Shown here: positions 21,894 through 32,269 of the stretch, in pieces
Layout: each line of letters begins with the position of its first letter
How positions within the stretch are numbered: position 1 is the first letter of the stretch
Source: Ectothiorhodospiraceae bacterium
GTDB lineage: Bacteria > Pseudomonadota > Gammaproteobacteria > Nitrococcales > Aquisalimonadaceae
DNA: 64,000 nucleotides
Direction of reading: 5' to 3'
Assembly: GCA_007117515.1 (NCBI GenBank)
Contig: SKGQ01000037.1
Span: 23,286 to 87,285 of the forward strand
Made by a program: the position numbers and the translations under genes
The notes under the pieces: model-generated
The model's database searches: none
What the model was told of the DNA's origin: nothing
Seen by the model: the letters and a program-made list of their open reading frames with translations, nothing else

Positions 21894-24725
21894 TCAGCCC
21901 GCGGTGAGCGCATCATCCACCAGGCGGCGCTGCTGTTCATGATGGACCTTCGGCGAGCCCACGGCCGGCGAGGCAGACGCTTCGCGCCCGGTGTACAGCA
22001 GGCGCTGACTGTCCTTCACACAATTCATGATCGGATGCTGGATGGAGTACCAGGCGCCCTGATTTTTCGGCTCTTCCTGGCACCAGACCACGGTCGTCGC
22101 CTTTCCATAACGCCGCCGCAGCAACTGCGACAGCTCGTCATCCGGGAACGGATAGAGCTGTTCCAGACGTATGATCGCAGTGTCACCGAGCTCTCGCTTA
22201 CGCCGCTCGGTCAGCAGGTCGTAGTAGACCTTGCCGGTGCACAGCACCACCCGCTGCACATCCTTCGCCTTGATGTCGTCAGTCTCGTCGATCACGTTCT
22301 GCCAACCGCCGTCGGTGAGATCGTCAAGGCTGGAGGTGGACAGCTTGTGTCGCAGCAGGCTCTTTGGCGTCATCACGATCAACGGCTTGCGATAGCGACG
22401 CAGCATCTGCCGCCTGATCATGTGAAAGAACTGGGCCGGCGTGGTCGGCACGCAGACCTGAATGTTGGTGTCGGCGCAGAGTTGCAGGAAACGCTCGAGA
22501 CGGGCCGAGGAATGCTCCGGACCCTGACCCTCGTAACCATGCGGCAGATACATGGTCAGGCCGCACAGGCGCCCCCATTTGGTCTCGCCGGAACTGATGA
22601 ACTGATCGATGACCACCTGCGCGCCGTTGGCGAAATCACCGAACTGGGCCTCCCAGATCACCATCGTTTCCGGATCACTGGTGGCGTAGCCGTACTCGAA
22701 AGCGAGCACCGCTTCCTCTGAAAGCAGCGAGTCGATAATGACGAAGTCGCTGGGTTCGTTGGTGATGTGCTTCAGGGGAACGTGTACGGCCCCGTCCGCC
22801 GCACCGTGTAGCACCGCATGCCGATGCGAGAAGGTACCCCGGCCACTGTCCTGGCCCGTCAGCCGGACCCGGTAACCGTCCCGCAACAGCGTCGCGTAGG
22901 CCATGGTTTCGGCAAAGCCCCAGTCGAGTGCCAGGGCACCTGCCCCCATGCGGGCCCGGCTATCGATAATCGCTGCAACGCGGGGATTCAGTTCGAAGCG
23001 CTCCGGCAGCGTGACCAGGTTGTCGGCCAGCTCGCGCACCGTAGTGTTGGCAACTGCGGTGTTCACGGCCTCGTCCCAGCGACCACGGAAATAACGCGAC
23101 CAGTCGACCGCGAAATCATTGCGTGCACCACTGACCTGGCGCGGCGCCACCACCTGGTGGGCATCCAGTGCGTCACGGTAGTCCTGGATCATGCTGTCGG
23201 TGTCGTCCTCGCTCAGCACTCCGGCGCGCACCAGGCGCCCGGCATAGAGCTTGCGGGTGGTCTTGCGCTTCTTGATCTTGCTGTACATCACCGGCTGCGT
23301 GGCCGCCGGCTCGTCGGCCTCGTTGTGGCCATGCCGGCGATAGCAGACCAGGTCGATGACCACGTCCTTGCGGAAGCGCTGGCGGTAATCCATGGCCAGT
23401 TGCGCCACTGCCACCACGGCATCCGGATCGTCACCGTTCACGTGAAAGATCGGCGCCTGAACCATCTTCGCCACTTCCGTGCAGTACATGGTCGAGCGCG
23501 TGTCCAGCGGATGCGAGGTGGTGAAACCGATCTGGTTGTTGATGATCACGTGCATGCTGCCGCCGGTGTAGAAACCACGCGCCTGGGATAACTGGAAGGT
23601 CTCCATGATGACCCCCTGACCGGCGAACGCCGCATCCCCGTGGACCTGCACCGGCAGCACTTCCTCACCCAGCTCGTCCCGCCGGCGCTGCATCCGACCG
23701 CGCACCGAGCCGACGACCACCGGATCGACGATTTCCAGATGCGAGGGATTGAAGGCCAGCGCCAGGTGAAGGGTGCCGGATTCGGTGCGGATGTCCGAGG
23801 AGTAGCCCAGATGATATTTCACGTCGCCGGAACCGGCATTCTCGAGCTTGAAGTTGCCTTCGAACTCCTGGAACAGCTCCGCCGGTGACTTGCCCAGCAC
23901 ATTGATCAGCGTGTTCAGCCGCCCACGGTGTGCCATGCCCAGCACCATCTCGCGGACATTGTGCTTGCCGGCCCGCTGGATCAATTCGTCCAGCAATGGA
24001 ATGAACGACTCCGCACCCTCCAGCGAAAACCGCTTCTGCCCGACATACTTGCTGTGCAGGTATTTTTCGATGCCTTCGGCGGCGGTCAGTCGTTCGAGTA
24101 CCTCACGGCGCTTCTCCGGCGGCAAGGTCGGCTTACCCCGCGACCGCTCGAGACGCTCCTGAATCCAGCGTTTCTCGACGGTGTCGGTGATATGCATGTA
24201 CTCGGAGCCGATGGTGCTGCCGTAGGTCTGCTTCAGTATCGCAATGATGTCGCGGAGAGGCATCTGATCGGCGGCGAACAGGGAGCCGGTGTTGAACGAC
24301 CGATCCATGTCCTCCTCGGTCAGGCGATGAAACTCCGGCTCCAGATCCGGCGCCGGCGGAATGTCGCGCAGGTCCAGCGGATCCAGATCCGCCGCCTGAT
24401 GACCGCGCACGCGCCAGGCGTTGATCAGGCGTAGCACCGCGGCCTGTTTTTCGGCATCCCGCGGCGACAGTCCGGAACCGTTACCGGCAACCCGGACCCG
24501 GCCGTTTATCCGCGCATTACGGGCAAACTCGGCGCGGATCGGACTGTGCGGAATTTCCCGTGCCTGCCGGGGGGCGCCATCTTCAAGACCCTGGAAATAG
24601 GTGCGCCACTTTTCCGGAACCGAGGCCGCATCCTGCAGATAACACTCGTAGAGATCTTCGATAAAGGTGGCGTTGCCACCACTGAGGTAGGACGTGCGCT
24701 GCAGTTTGTCGAAAGACTGTTTCAT
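21894..24725 (-). CDS. sucA: 2-oxoglutarate dehydrogenase E1
   Basis: GQKRFSLEG, GMAHRGRLN, HGDAAFAGQG, WEAQFGDFANGAQ, GQGPEHSSARLER; start ATG 24725. Confidence 0.97.
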   Translation of the reverse strand: MKQSFDKLQRTSYLSGGNATFIEDLYECYLQDAASVPEKWRTYFQGLEDGAPRQAREIPHSPIRAEFARNARINGRVRVAGNGSGLSPRDAEKQAAVLRLINAWRVRGHQAADLDPLDLRDIPPAPDLEPEFHRLTEEDMDRSFNTGSLFAADQMPLRDIIAILKQTYGSTIGSEYMHITDTVEKRWIQERLERSRGKPTLPPEKRREVLERLTAAEGIEKYLHSKYVGQKRFSLEGAESFIPLLDELIQRAGKHNVREMVLGMAHRGRLNTLINVLGKSPAELFQEFEGNFKLENAGSGDVKYHLGYSSDIRTESGTLHLALAFNPSHLEIVDPVVVGSVRGRMQRRRDELGEEVLPVQVHGDAAFAGQGVIMETFQLSQARGFYTGGSMHVIINNQIGFTTSHPLDTRSTMYCTEVAKMVQAPIFHVNGDDPDAVVAVAQLAMDYRQRFRKDVVIDLVCYRRHGHNEADEPAATQPVMYSKIKKRKTTRKLYAGRLVRAGVLSEDDTDSMIQDYRDALDAHQVVAPRQVSGARNDFAVDWSRYFRGRWDEAVNTAVANTTVRELADNLVTLPERFELNPRVAAIIDSRARMGAGALALDWGFAETMAYATLLRDGYRVRLTGQDSGRGTFSHRHAVLHGAADGAVHVPLKHITNEPSDFVIIDSLLSEEAVLAFEYGYATSDPETMVIWEAQFGDFANGAQVVIDQFISSGETKWGRLCGLTMYLPHGYEGQGPEHSSARLERFLQLCADTNIQVCVPTTPAQFFHMIRRQMLRRYRKPLIVMTPKSLLRHKLSTSSLDDLTDGGWQNVIDETDDIKAKDVQRVVLCTGKVYYDLLTERRKRELGDTAIIRLEQLYPFPDDELSQLLRRRYGKATTVVWCQEEPKNQGAWYSIQHPIMNCVKDSQRLLYTGREASASPAVGSPKVHHEQQRRLVDDALTAG

Positions 24726-25102
24726 GGGAGTCGACACCTGACGACGGCGGGGGGATTCGAGCGGAGAGCGGCGAATGACCGAGTATCCGCAGGCAGCGGA
24801 CACCAGCGAAAACGGAACCCGGCCGCTCCGACGGAACAACCCGGACCCCGAGTTCCGAGAAAACTTACTTCCATGTCAGTTTTACGTCTCCGATGACCGT
24901 TTTTCATGACGGCTTGACATCCGATGCCTTAAAAATAACGCGCCGCAGCATGCAAACGCAAGCCGCGACAGGACTTTGCGCCGAACGACAGCACACGGGT
25001 TGCATGACGACAAGTTCGACGGAGAGCGACAGGCCGGCAGATAAAAGGTCTGTGGAGCCGAGGCAGGCCCGACGCCTTTCCGGCTTGATGCAGAGCAGAC
25101 GG

Positions 25103-25867
25103 TTACCGGGGGGTGGATTCGGCCTGGTCATCCGGCGTGCTGCGATACCAGCGCGACAACACAAGACCCAGCTCGAACAGCAGCCAGACGGGAATCGCCA
25201 GCATGACCTGGGAGATCACGTCGGGGGGCGTCAGCACCATGCCCAGGGCAAAGGCTGCGACGATAACGTAGGGCCGCTTGGCGGCCAGCGCCTGGCGCGT
25301 CGTCGCGCCGGTACGGATCAGCAGTAGGGTGGCGATCGGCACTTCAAAGGCAATGCCGAAGACCAGCAGCATGGTCAGGACGAAGTCCAGATACTCGCTG
25401 ATATCCGGCTGATAGTTGACGCCCAGCGGCGTCACACCGGCAAAGAACTGGTAGACCAGCGGCAGCACCAGAAAGTAGGCGAACGCGGCACCCAGATAGA
25501 ACAGCAAGGTACTGGAAATCAGTAGCGGCCAGACCAGCTTGCGTTCATGCCGGTAGAGACCGGGCGCAACAAAGGCCCAGAGCTGGTAGAGCAGGTAGGG
25601 TATGACGATGAAGATGGCCGCCACCAGGGACAGTTTCATCGGAATCAGGAAAGGACTGGCGACCTTGATCGCCATCAGTTCGCCGCCGGGGAGCACCGCG
25701 CGCAATGGCTCGGAGACAAAAGAAAACAAGCGGTCGTAGAACGGATAGATGCAGAGAAAGGCGATCAGGATCGCGATCACCGCGCGCATCAGCCGACCGC
25801 GCAGCTCGAGCAGATGGCTCAGGAACGGTTTGTCTTCATCCAGATCGGGTTTCTGATTCTGATCCAT
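25103..25867 (-). CDS. tatC: Twin-arginine translocase subunit TatC
   Basis: FLSHLLELRGRL, FVAPGLYRHE, TPPDVISQ. Confidence 0.96.
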   Translation of the reverse strand: MDQNQKPDLDEDKPFLSHLLELRGRLMRAVIAILIAFLCIYPFYDRLFSFVSEPLRAVLPGGELMAIKVASPFLIPMKLSLVAAIFIVIPYLLYQLWAFVAPGLYRHERKLVWPLLISSTLLFYLGAAFAYFLVLPLVYQFFAGVTPLGVNYQPDISEYLDFVLTMLLVFGIAFEVPIATLLLIRTGATTRQALAAKRPYVIVAAFALGMVLTPPDVISQVMLAIPVWLLFELGLVLSRWYRSTPDDQAESTPR

Positions 25868-26207
25868 TATCCTTATCCGGGCCCCTGCCCGCTTCGGCCT
25901 TGGCCTTGCCCGATCCAGCGGCCGTCTGCTCACTGGAGGAGGCCGCCTTGCCGTCAGCTCCCTTGCGCCCGCTGCTCATCACATCCTGGCTCATGTCCAG
26001 ATCACGCTTCAGGTCACGCTCGGCCTTGCGCAACTCATCCAGTTGCACTTCGCGCTCGACTTCGTCACGCACTGAATTGAACACCGACCGCGCCTTTCCG
26101 ACATAAGCCCCAAGGGTGCGGGCAAGGCGCGGCAGCCGCTCCGGCCCGACCACGATGAGGGCCACCAGCAGGATCAGGACAATCTCGGGAAAACTGGCGT
26201 CGAACAT
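25836..26207 (-). CDS. tatB: Twin-arginine translocase subunit TatB
   Basis: MFDASFPEI...VGPERLP. Confidence 0.94.
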   Translation of the reverse strand: MFDASFPEIVLILLVALIVVGPERLPRLARTLGAYVGKARSVFNSVRDEVEREVQLDELRKAERDLKRDLDMSQDVMSSGRKGADGKAASSSEQTAAGSGKAKAEAGRGPDKDNGSESETRSG

Positions 26208-26222
26208 GCGCCGGCGGCCGCC

Positions 26223-26483
26223 CTAGGACGACGAACGATCCTTGCGCTTGGTCTTTTTCTCGGTCGGCTCGTCTTCGGCCCGACTTTCCAGGCGCGCGGC
26301 TTCGGCATCCTGCTCGTCCTTGCCGTCGGTGTCCTTGTCGCCGTCGTTCATGGCCGAGCGGAACCCCTTGATTGCGCCACCAAGATCACCGCCGATATTG
26401 CGCAATTTCTTGGTACCGAAAAGCAACAGTACGATGACCAGAATGATCAACAGCGAACCGACGCTGATTCCACCTATACCCAT
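26223..26483 (-). CDS. tatA: Twin-arginine translocase subunit TatA
   Basis: [23 protein letters not shown]. Confidence 0.95.
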   Translation of the reverse strand: MGIGGISVGSLLIILVIVLLLFGTKKLRNIGGDLGGAIKGFRSAMNDGDKDTDGKDEQDAEAARLESRAEDEPTEKKTKRKDRSSS

Positions 26484-26514
26484 GGGTCAAGTCCTCCGGG
26501 GCAATGCCCCTTAT

Positions 26515-26850
26515 TCAGGAGTCGCGGGACGCCTTTTCATCCAGTCCCGACAGACCGAAACGGCGCTCCAGTTCGGCCAGTACGTCGGCCGACGACAGAT
26601 CCTTCGTGGCCAACATCACCAGTGTATGGAACCACAGATCTGCAGTCTCATAAACAAGGGCGTCCCGGTCATTCCCCTTGGCCGCGATGATGGTCTCGAC
26701 AGACTCCTCACCGACCTTCTTCAGGATCGCGTCCAGCCCCCTGTCATACAGAGAGGCGACGTAGGAACTTCCAGGATCAGCGCTGCGGCGCTGCTGCAGG
26801 ATTCCGTCCAACGTTGCCAGCACGTCGCCGGATTCGTGTTGCTTAGCCAT
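26515..26850 (-). CDS. hisE: Phosphoribosyl-ATP diphosphatase
   Basis: [25 protein letters not shown]. Confidence 0.95.
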   Translation of the reverse strand: MAKQHESGDVLATLDGILQQRRSADPGSSYVASLYDRGLDAILKKVGEESVETIIAAKGNDRDALVYETADLWFHTLVMLATKDLSSADVLAELERRFGLSGLDEKASRDS

Positions 26851-27232
26851 AGATCTCACTCGGGTCCTTGATTACCGGATCCACCTCGACCCAGCCGCTC
26901 TCACCGTCCAGACGGCGGAAAAAACAGCTTCGCCGACCGGTATGGCAGGAGATCCCGCCCTGCTGCCTGACCAGCAACAGGATCACGTCGCTGTCGCAAT
27001 CCGTTCGGATTTCCTGCACCTGCTGGGTATGGCCGGAGCTCTCGCCCTTGTGCCACAGCCGCTGGCGCGAGCGCGACCAGTAAACCGCCTCGCCCCGGGC
27101 GACCGTGGTCGTCAGCGCCTCGCGGTTCATCCAGGCCATCATCAGCACGCGGCCGTCAGCGGCATCCTGGGCGATGGCCGGCAGCAGGCCGTCCTCGCCC
27201 CAGCGCAGCGCCTCGAGCCAGTCGGCGTTCAT
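26843..27232 (-). CDS. hisI: Phosphoribosyl-AMP cyclohydrolase
   Basis: [30 protein letters not shown]. Confidence 0.95.
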   Translation of the reverse strand: MNADWLEALRWGEDGLLPAIAQDAADGRVLMMAWMNREALTTTVARGEAVYWSRSRQRLWHKGESSGHTQQVQEIRTDCDSDVILLLVRQQGGISCHTGRRSCFFRRLDGESGWVEVDPVIKDPSEIYG

Positions 27233-28041
27233 GCCCCGGTCTCCACTGCCGCGAGCTGCCGGATGGGCACACCACACGCGGCCATGTGCGCCTTGGCCTG
27301 AGCCATCGTGAAAGTTCCGAAATGAAAGATGCTGGCGGCGAGAACCGCGTCGGCACCACCTTTCAGTACGCCGTCCACCAGATGATCCAGATTGCCAACA
27401 CCGCCGGAGGCGATGACCGGAATCGGCACCGCGTCCACCACGGCCCGCGTCAGCGCCAGATCAAAACCTTCCCGCGTGCCATCACGGTCCATGCTGGTTA
27501 GCAGGATCTCGCCGGCGCCCAGATCCGCCATTCGCGCCGCCCATTCAACGGCATCCAGTCCGGTGCCGCGACGCCCACCATGGGTAAAGACTTCCCAGCG
27601 CGGCAGTTCATCACCGGCGCTGACCCGTTTGGCATCGATGGCCACCACCAGGCACTGCGAGCCAAAACGCTCGGCACATTCACGCACCAGCTCCGGGTTA
27701 TGGATCGCGGCGGTGTTGATGCCCACCTTGTCGGCGCCGGCATTGAGCATGCGGCGGACGTCGGCCGGCTTACGAATACCGCCACCCACCGTCAGCGGGA
27801 TGAACACCTGGCTGGCGACCTGTTCGACCACATGCACCATGGTGTCACGGTCGTCGGAACTGGCGGTGATATCGAGAAAGGTGATTTCGTCGGCACCGGC
27901 GGCATCATAGCGACGGGCAACCTCCACCGGATCCCCTGCATCGCGGATATCAACGAACTTGACGCCCTTGACCACGCGGCCGCGATCCACGTCGAGACAG
28001 GGAATGATGCGGCGACAGAGACCGGAGGCGGCGGCGCTCAT
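27229..28041 (-). CDS. hisF: Imidazole glycerol phosphate synthase subunit HisF
   Basis: [26 protein letters not shown]. Confidence 0.96.
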   Translation of the reverse strand: MSAAASGLCRRIIPCLDVDRGRVVKGVKFVDIRDAGDPVEVARRYDAAGADEITFLDITASSDDRDTMVHVVEQVASQVFIPLTVGGGIRKPADVRRMLNAGADKVGINTAAIHNPELVRECAERFGSQCLVVAIDAKRVSAGDELPRWEVFTHGGRRGTGLDAVEWAARMADLGAGEILLTSMDRDGTREGFDLALTRAVVDAVPIPVIASGGVGNLDHLVDGVLKGGADAVLAASIFHFGTFTMAQAKAHMAACGVPIRQLAAVETGA

Positions 28042-28048
28042 GCCGGCC

Positions 28049-28789
28049 TCAGGAAACCAACAGGCCGTTGGCAATCTTCTGCGCCTCGGCCAGGTCCAGC
28101 TTGCCCTCATACAGCGCGCGACCGACGATCGCACCGGATACCCCGTCGGATGCCGCATCACAGAGATCGCGCACGTCGTCCATGTTGGTGACACCGCCGG
28201 AAGCGATGACGGGGATGTTTACCTGCCTGGCAAGTTCGCGGGTCGCCCCGGTGTTGACGCCCTTCATCATGCCGTCGCGACCAATGTCGGTGAACACCAG
28301 GGCCTCGACGCCAGCCTCCTCGAAACGACGGGCCATATCCACGGCATCGTGCCGCGACAGCTTGGACCAGCCCTCAACCGCGACCTTACCCTCGCGGGCA
28401 TCAAGACCGACGATGATATGGCCCGGAAACTCGAGGCAGGCCTCATCGACAAAATGCGGAGCCCGCACCGCCTGGGTGCCGATGATCACGTAGTCCACGC
28501 CGACGTCGATATAGGTCTGGATGGTCTGGAATTCGCGAATGCCGCCACCCACCTGGATTTCCACCTCCGGAAAGGTCTCGGCAATCTTGCCGATGATGTC
28601 GGCATTGACCGGAAAGCCCTGCACCGCGCCGTCGAGATCGACAATATGGATGCGCCGGCTGCCTGCATCGATCCAGCGTTGTGCCATGGCCACCGGATCG
28701 TCGGAGAACACCGTCTCCTGATCCATGTTGCCCTGACGCAGGCGCACGCAGCGGCCGTCTTTCAGATCAATGGCGGGTATAAGTAGCAT
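28049..28789 (-). CDS. hisA: ProFAR isomerase HisA
   Basis: [31 protein letters not shown]. Confidence 0.96.
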   Translation of the reverse strand: MLLIPAIDLKDGRCVRLRQGNMDQETVFSDDPVAMAQRWIDAGSRRIHIVDLDGAVQGFPVNADIIGKIAETFPEVEIQVGGGIREFQTIQTYIDVGVDYVIIGTQAVRAPHFVDEACLEFPGHIIVGLDAREGKVAVEGWSKLSRHDAVDMARRFEEAGVEALVFTDIGRDGMMKGVNTGATRELARQVNIPVIASGGVTNMDDVRDLCDAASDGVSGAIVGRALYEGKLDLAEAQKIANGLLVS

Positions 28790-28817
28790 CAAGGTCTCGC
28801 TTCGGATCGATTCGGTT

Positions 28818-29471
28818 TTAGCCGCCGGACTGGCCGTCCCAGCGCGCGAAATTTGCCAGCAACGTCAAACCGGCATGCTGGCTCTTCTCCGGGTGGAATT
28901 GCGTCGCGACTATATTCTCGCGGGCAATGGCAGCGGTAAAGGGCACGCCGTACTGACTGCGACCAATGGTCAGCCCGTCAGGCAGCAATTCGACGAAATA
29001 ACTGTGCACGAAATAAAAGTAGCTGTTATCCGGAATGCCGCGCCAGACTGGATGCGCCTCGGTCTGCTCTACGGAGTTCCAGCCCATATGCGGCACCTTG
29101 CCCGGGGCCTCGACACCGGCGGCGGCAAAGCCGTCCCGGAAGTGCCGCACGCGGCCGGCCACCAGACCTAGCGCGTCGACGCCGCCATTCTCTTCACTAT
29201 GCTCGAGCAGCGCCTGCATGCCCATGCAGATACCCAGCAGCGGCTTGCTCTCGGCCGCTTCCCGAATTACCGCATCCAGTTCCAGGCGTTGCAATTCAGC
29301 CATGCAATCGCGTATCGCGCCCTGACCGGGGAATACCACCCGGTCGGCACGGCGCACCTGCTCTGGCTCATGCGTGATGAACACGCGGGCACGATCATCC
29401 ACATGTTCCAGCGCCTTGGCGACGGAGCGCAGATTTCCCATACCGTAATCGATTACTGCGATGGTGCTCAT
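28818..29471 (-). CDS. hisH: Imidazole glycerol phosphate synthase subunit HisH
   Basis: [22 protein letters not shown]. Confidence 0.96.
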   Translation of the reverse strand: MSTIAVIDYGMGNLRSVAKALEHVDDRARVFITHEPEQVRRADRVVFPGQGAIRDCMAELQRLELDAVIREAAESKPLLGICMGMQALLEHSEENGGVDALGLVAGRVRHFRDGFAAAGVEAPGKVPHMGWNSVEQTEAHPVWRGIPDNSYFYFVHSYFVELLPDGLTIGRSQYGVPFTAAIARENIVATQFHPEKSQHAGLTLLANFARWDGQSGG

Positions 29472-29517
29472 GCGACACTCGAATGGAGTCGGCCCGCCCG
29501 TTCGGGCCGACCGACAA

Positions 29518-30111
29518 TCAGAGGCTGCCCTTGGTGGAGGGCATAATGCCCTGCATCCGCGGATCCTGCTCGGCCGCCATGCGCAAGGCCCGGCCAAAGG
29601 CCTTGAATACGGTCTCGATCTGATGGTGCGAGTTATCGCCGCGGATGTTGTCAACATGCAGCGTCATCTGCGCGTGATTAACCAGACCCTGGAAGAATTC
29701 CCGGAACAGATCGACGTCGAACTGGCCCACCCGGGAACGGGTGAACGGAACATGGAACTGCAATCCCGGACGACCGGAAAAATCCACGACCACGCGGGAC
29801 AATGCCTCGTCCAGCGGGCAATAGGCATGTCCGAAACGGAAGATTCCCGTCTTGTCACCAAGGGCCTTGCGCAGGGCCTGGCCCAGGGTAATACCCACAT
29901 CCTCAACCGTGTGATGATCGTCGATCTGGGTATCGCCAGTTGCCCGGATCGTAATATCGATCAGGCCATGGCGGGCGACCTGTTCCAGCATGTGCTCGAG
30001 AAACGGCACACCGATATCCAGATCAGCGACACCGCTACCATCAAGATCGAGGCTGAGCCTGATCTGGGTTTCCCGCGTGTTGCGCTCGACAGAGGCGCTC
30101 CGATCAGCCAT
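29518..30111 (-). CDS. hisB: Imidazoleglycerol-phosphate dehydratase
   Basis: [23 protein letters not shown]. Confidence 0.96.
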   Translation of the reverse strand: MADRSASVERNTRETQIRLSLDLDGSGVADLDIGVPFLEHMLEQVARHGLIDITIRATGDTQIDDHHTVEDVGITLGQALRKALGDKTGIFRFGHAYCPLDEALSRVVVDFSGRPGLQFHVPFTRSRVGQFDVDLFREFFQGLVNHAQMTLHVDNIRGDNSHHQIETVFKAFGRALRMAAEQDPRMQGIMPSTKGSL

Positions 30112-30146
30112 TGCTGACACCCTGTGTGACGGTGAAAACGGCCGGC

Positions 30147-30155
30147 ATCATAGCA
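30147..30155 (-). promoter_or_regulatory. Possible extended -10 promoter for hisB-tatC
   Basis: TGcTATGAT on the minus strand about 35 nt upstream of hisB; no properly spaced -35. Confidence 0.3.
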
Positions 30156-30195
30156 CAGCACCACCGGCTGCAAGGCTGCGCCCGAAAGTGATTCC

Positions 30196-30633
30196 TCAGC
30201 TTTCAAGCCAGAACGTTACCGGTCCGTCGTTGACCAGCTCCACCGCCATGTCGGCGCCAAAACGACCGCTGGCCACTTGCCCGTGCGCCGACTCGGCCTC
30301 CGCCACAAGCTGGACAAACAGTTGCTCTGCCTGCGCTGGCAGCGCCGCTGTCGAAAAACCTGGTCGCGTTCCCTTGCGGGTATCCGCGGCCAGGGTGAAC
30401 TGCGGCACCAACAACAGGCCACCACCGCAGTCCCGCAGGCTGCGGTTCATGCGGCCCTCTTCATCGGCAAATACGCGATAGCCCAGCAGGCGTTCCAGCA
30501 AGCGTCCCGCCCGCACCGCATCGTCGTCACGGCACACGCCGATGAACGCCAGCAGACCTGCTGAAATCTCGCCAATGACCGCACTGTCAACGCTGACTCG
30601 AGCGTGGCTGACGCGTTGAATCAGTGCAATCAC
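30196..30633 (-). CDS. dtd: D-aminoacyl-tRNA deacylase
   Basis: LIQRV, PQFTLAAD, FGADMAVELVNDGPVT; GTG start 30633. Confidence 0.95.
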   Translation of the reverse strand: MIALIQRVSHARVSVDSAVIGEISAGLLAFIGVCRDDDAVRAGRLLERLLGYRVFADEEGRMNRSLRDCGGGLLLVPQFTLAADTRKGTRPGFSTAALPAQAEQLFVQLVAEAESAHGQVASGRFGADMAVELVNDGPVTFWLES

Positions 30634-30678
30634 GGGGCCGTTCGGCGAGCCTCGCTGCAGGCGACCGCGCAAGCCATG

Positions 30679-31179
30679 CTAGCGGCCTTTACCGCCCATC
30701 TGCTCCTGAGCCATCTTCGCCCATTGCTGCAGGGTTTCCTGGGCCCGCTCGGCTGCCTGCTGCCAGGCCTCCATGACCTCACGGCTCTGCGCTTCCCATT
30801 GCTGCACGCCCGGCTGGGGGTCCATGGTCCGCATGCTCTCGAACCAGGCCGACCAGAGCTTCTCCTGGGATTCGGTCCAGTTCTTCATCATTTCCTGCAT
30901 GCGCGAATTCAGATCCTTCATCGCATCCGGCATCTGCTCGTCGGAAACTCCCTGCTCGGAGAGCTTGCTGGCCCACTGGGCCTGCGACTCCAGCGCCTGC
31001 TTGACCGACTGCTCCCAGGCAGTCAACTGCTCCTGATACTTGGCCTGGAGCTCCTCGCTGCCCGGCAGGACAGCGCCACCGCTGAACTGACGAACGGACT
31101 GCATCCACTTGTCCCACATCTCCTGCTGGGTCTTGGTCCAAGATGTGACCATGTCTTCCATCTGCTTCTTTCCGGTCAT
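30679..31179 (-). CDS. Gln/Trp/Met-rich helical protein, PhaE N-terminus or phasin-like (tentative)
   Basis: AGGAG RBS; two repeats of W-x3-Q-x3-W-x2-W. Confidence 0.6.
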   Translation of the reverse strand: MTGKKQMEDMVTSWTKTQQEMWDKWMQSVRQFSGGAVLPGSEELQAKYQEQLTAWEQSVKQALESQAQWASKLSEQGVSDEQMPDAMKDLNSRMQEMMKNWTESQEKLWSAWFESMRTMDPQPGVQQWEAQSREVMEAWQQAAERAQETLQQWAKMAQEQMGGKGR

Positions 31180-31314
31180 CTGCTATCTCCTGACTCCACG
31201 TATCAAAAACAACTGCCAGCAGCGCTGGCATGACTTGGCACTAACCTGGGAAAGGTTAGTACACTCGGGATCCACTCAGCGTAGCCGATCATTGGCACGT
31301 CAAGGAAACCCTGC

Positions 31315-32208
31315 ATGAAACGCATCACGCTGCTGCGCATCCTGCTGCGCGCCCTGAGCGTCCTGCCCTTGCCGGTTGCCCATGCCATGGGCGCAGCCAG
31401 CGGTCAGTTGGTCTACCTGATGGCCCCCCGGTTGCGACATGTCGTGATGACCAATCTTGCCCTGTGTTTTCCGGAAATGCCGGAGCCGGAGCGGCGGCGC
31501 CTGGCGCGGGCCAGCTTCCGCGAGCTGGGCAAGCAGCTGCTGGAAACCGGAATCATCTGGTTCGGCCGTGCCGAGCGCGTGCGACAACTGGTGGTCAATC
31601 CGGAATCACTGGATGAACTGGCCAGCTACTGGCCGCAGGATCGGGGCCTGCTGCTGGCCGGACCGCACCTGGGTAACTGGGATTTGACCGGCCTGCACGT
31701 CAACAGCCGCTTCACGCTGCATCACCTGTATCGGCCACCGCGGCAGGCGGAGCTGGAACCGCTGCTGACCGAAGTGCGGGAACGCGGCGGCGGGCGCTCG
31801 CTCCCGGCCACGCCCAATGGCATTCGGACCCTCTACAAGGCCCTGCGCGGCGGTGCCCTGGTGGGGATCCTGCCGGATCAGGAAGCCCGGGGCAGCGGCG
31901 TGTTCGCGCCGTTATTCGGGGTGCCGGCACGGACCATGACGCTGCTCAACCAGATGGCCACGAAAACCGGCGCGCCGGTGCTGTTCTGCTTCATGCAACG
32001 GCTGCCCTGGGGCCGGGGTTTCCGGATGCATGTCATCCCCGCACCGCGGGGAATTGACGATCCGGACCCGGAAGTCGCCGCCGGGGCACTGAACAGGGGC
32101 GTCGAGGAGTGCGTGCGCCTGGCGCCGGAACAATACCAATGGACCTACAAGCGTTTCCGCCAGCATCCGGACGGCAATCCGTACAAGAATTCGCAGGGAA
32201 ATCGGTGA
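31315..32208 (+). CDS. lpxL: Lipid A late acyltransferase (LpxL/HtrB family)
   Basis: HxxxxD motif PHLGNWD, ILPDQ, PEQYQWTYKRFR. Confidence 0.9.
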   Translation: MKRITLLRILLRALSVLPLPVAHAMGAASGQLVYLMAPRLRHVVMTNLALCFPEMPEPERRRLARASFRELGKQLLETGIIWFGRAERVRQLVVNPESLDELASYWPQDRGLLLAGPHLGNWDLTGLHVNSRFTLHHLYRPPRQAELEPLLTEVRERGGGRSLPATPNGIRTLYKALRGGALVGILPDQEARGSGVFAPLFGVPARTMTLLNQMATKTGAPVLFCFMQRLPWGRGFRMHVIPAPRGIDDPDPEVAAGALNRGVEECVRLAPEQYQWTYKRFRQHPDGNPYKNSQGNR

Positions 32209-32269
32209 TTTGATGCACGGATGCGGTGGGCGTTTTCTCCGTATGTGGTAGGCCGCAGCGATCGAGTCT

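Noticed and set aside
24914-24936. Perfect TTGACA with a nearby TAAAAAT on the plus strand (antisense promoter into tatC)
   Set aside because: The spacer is only about 10 nt, incompatible with sigma-70 geometry.
28818-30111. Incomplete his operon (no hisG, hisD or hisC)
   Set aside because: Split his clusters are common in Gammaproteobacteria; the missing genes are probably elsewhere in the genome.
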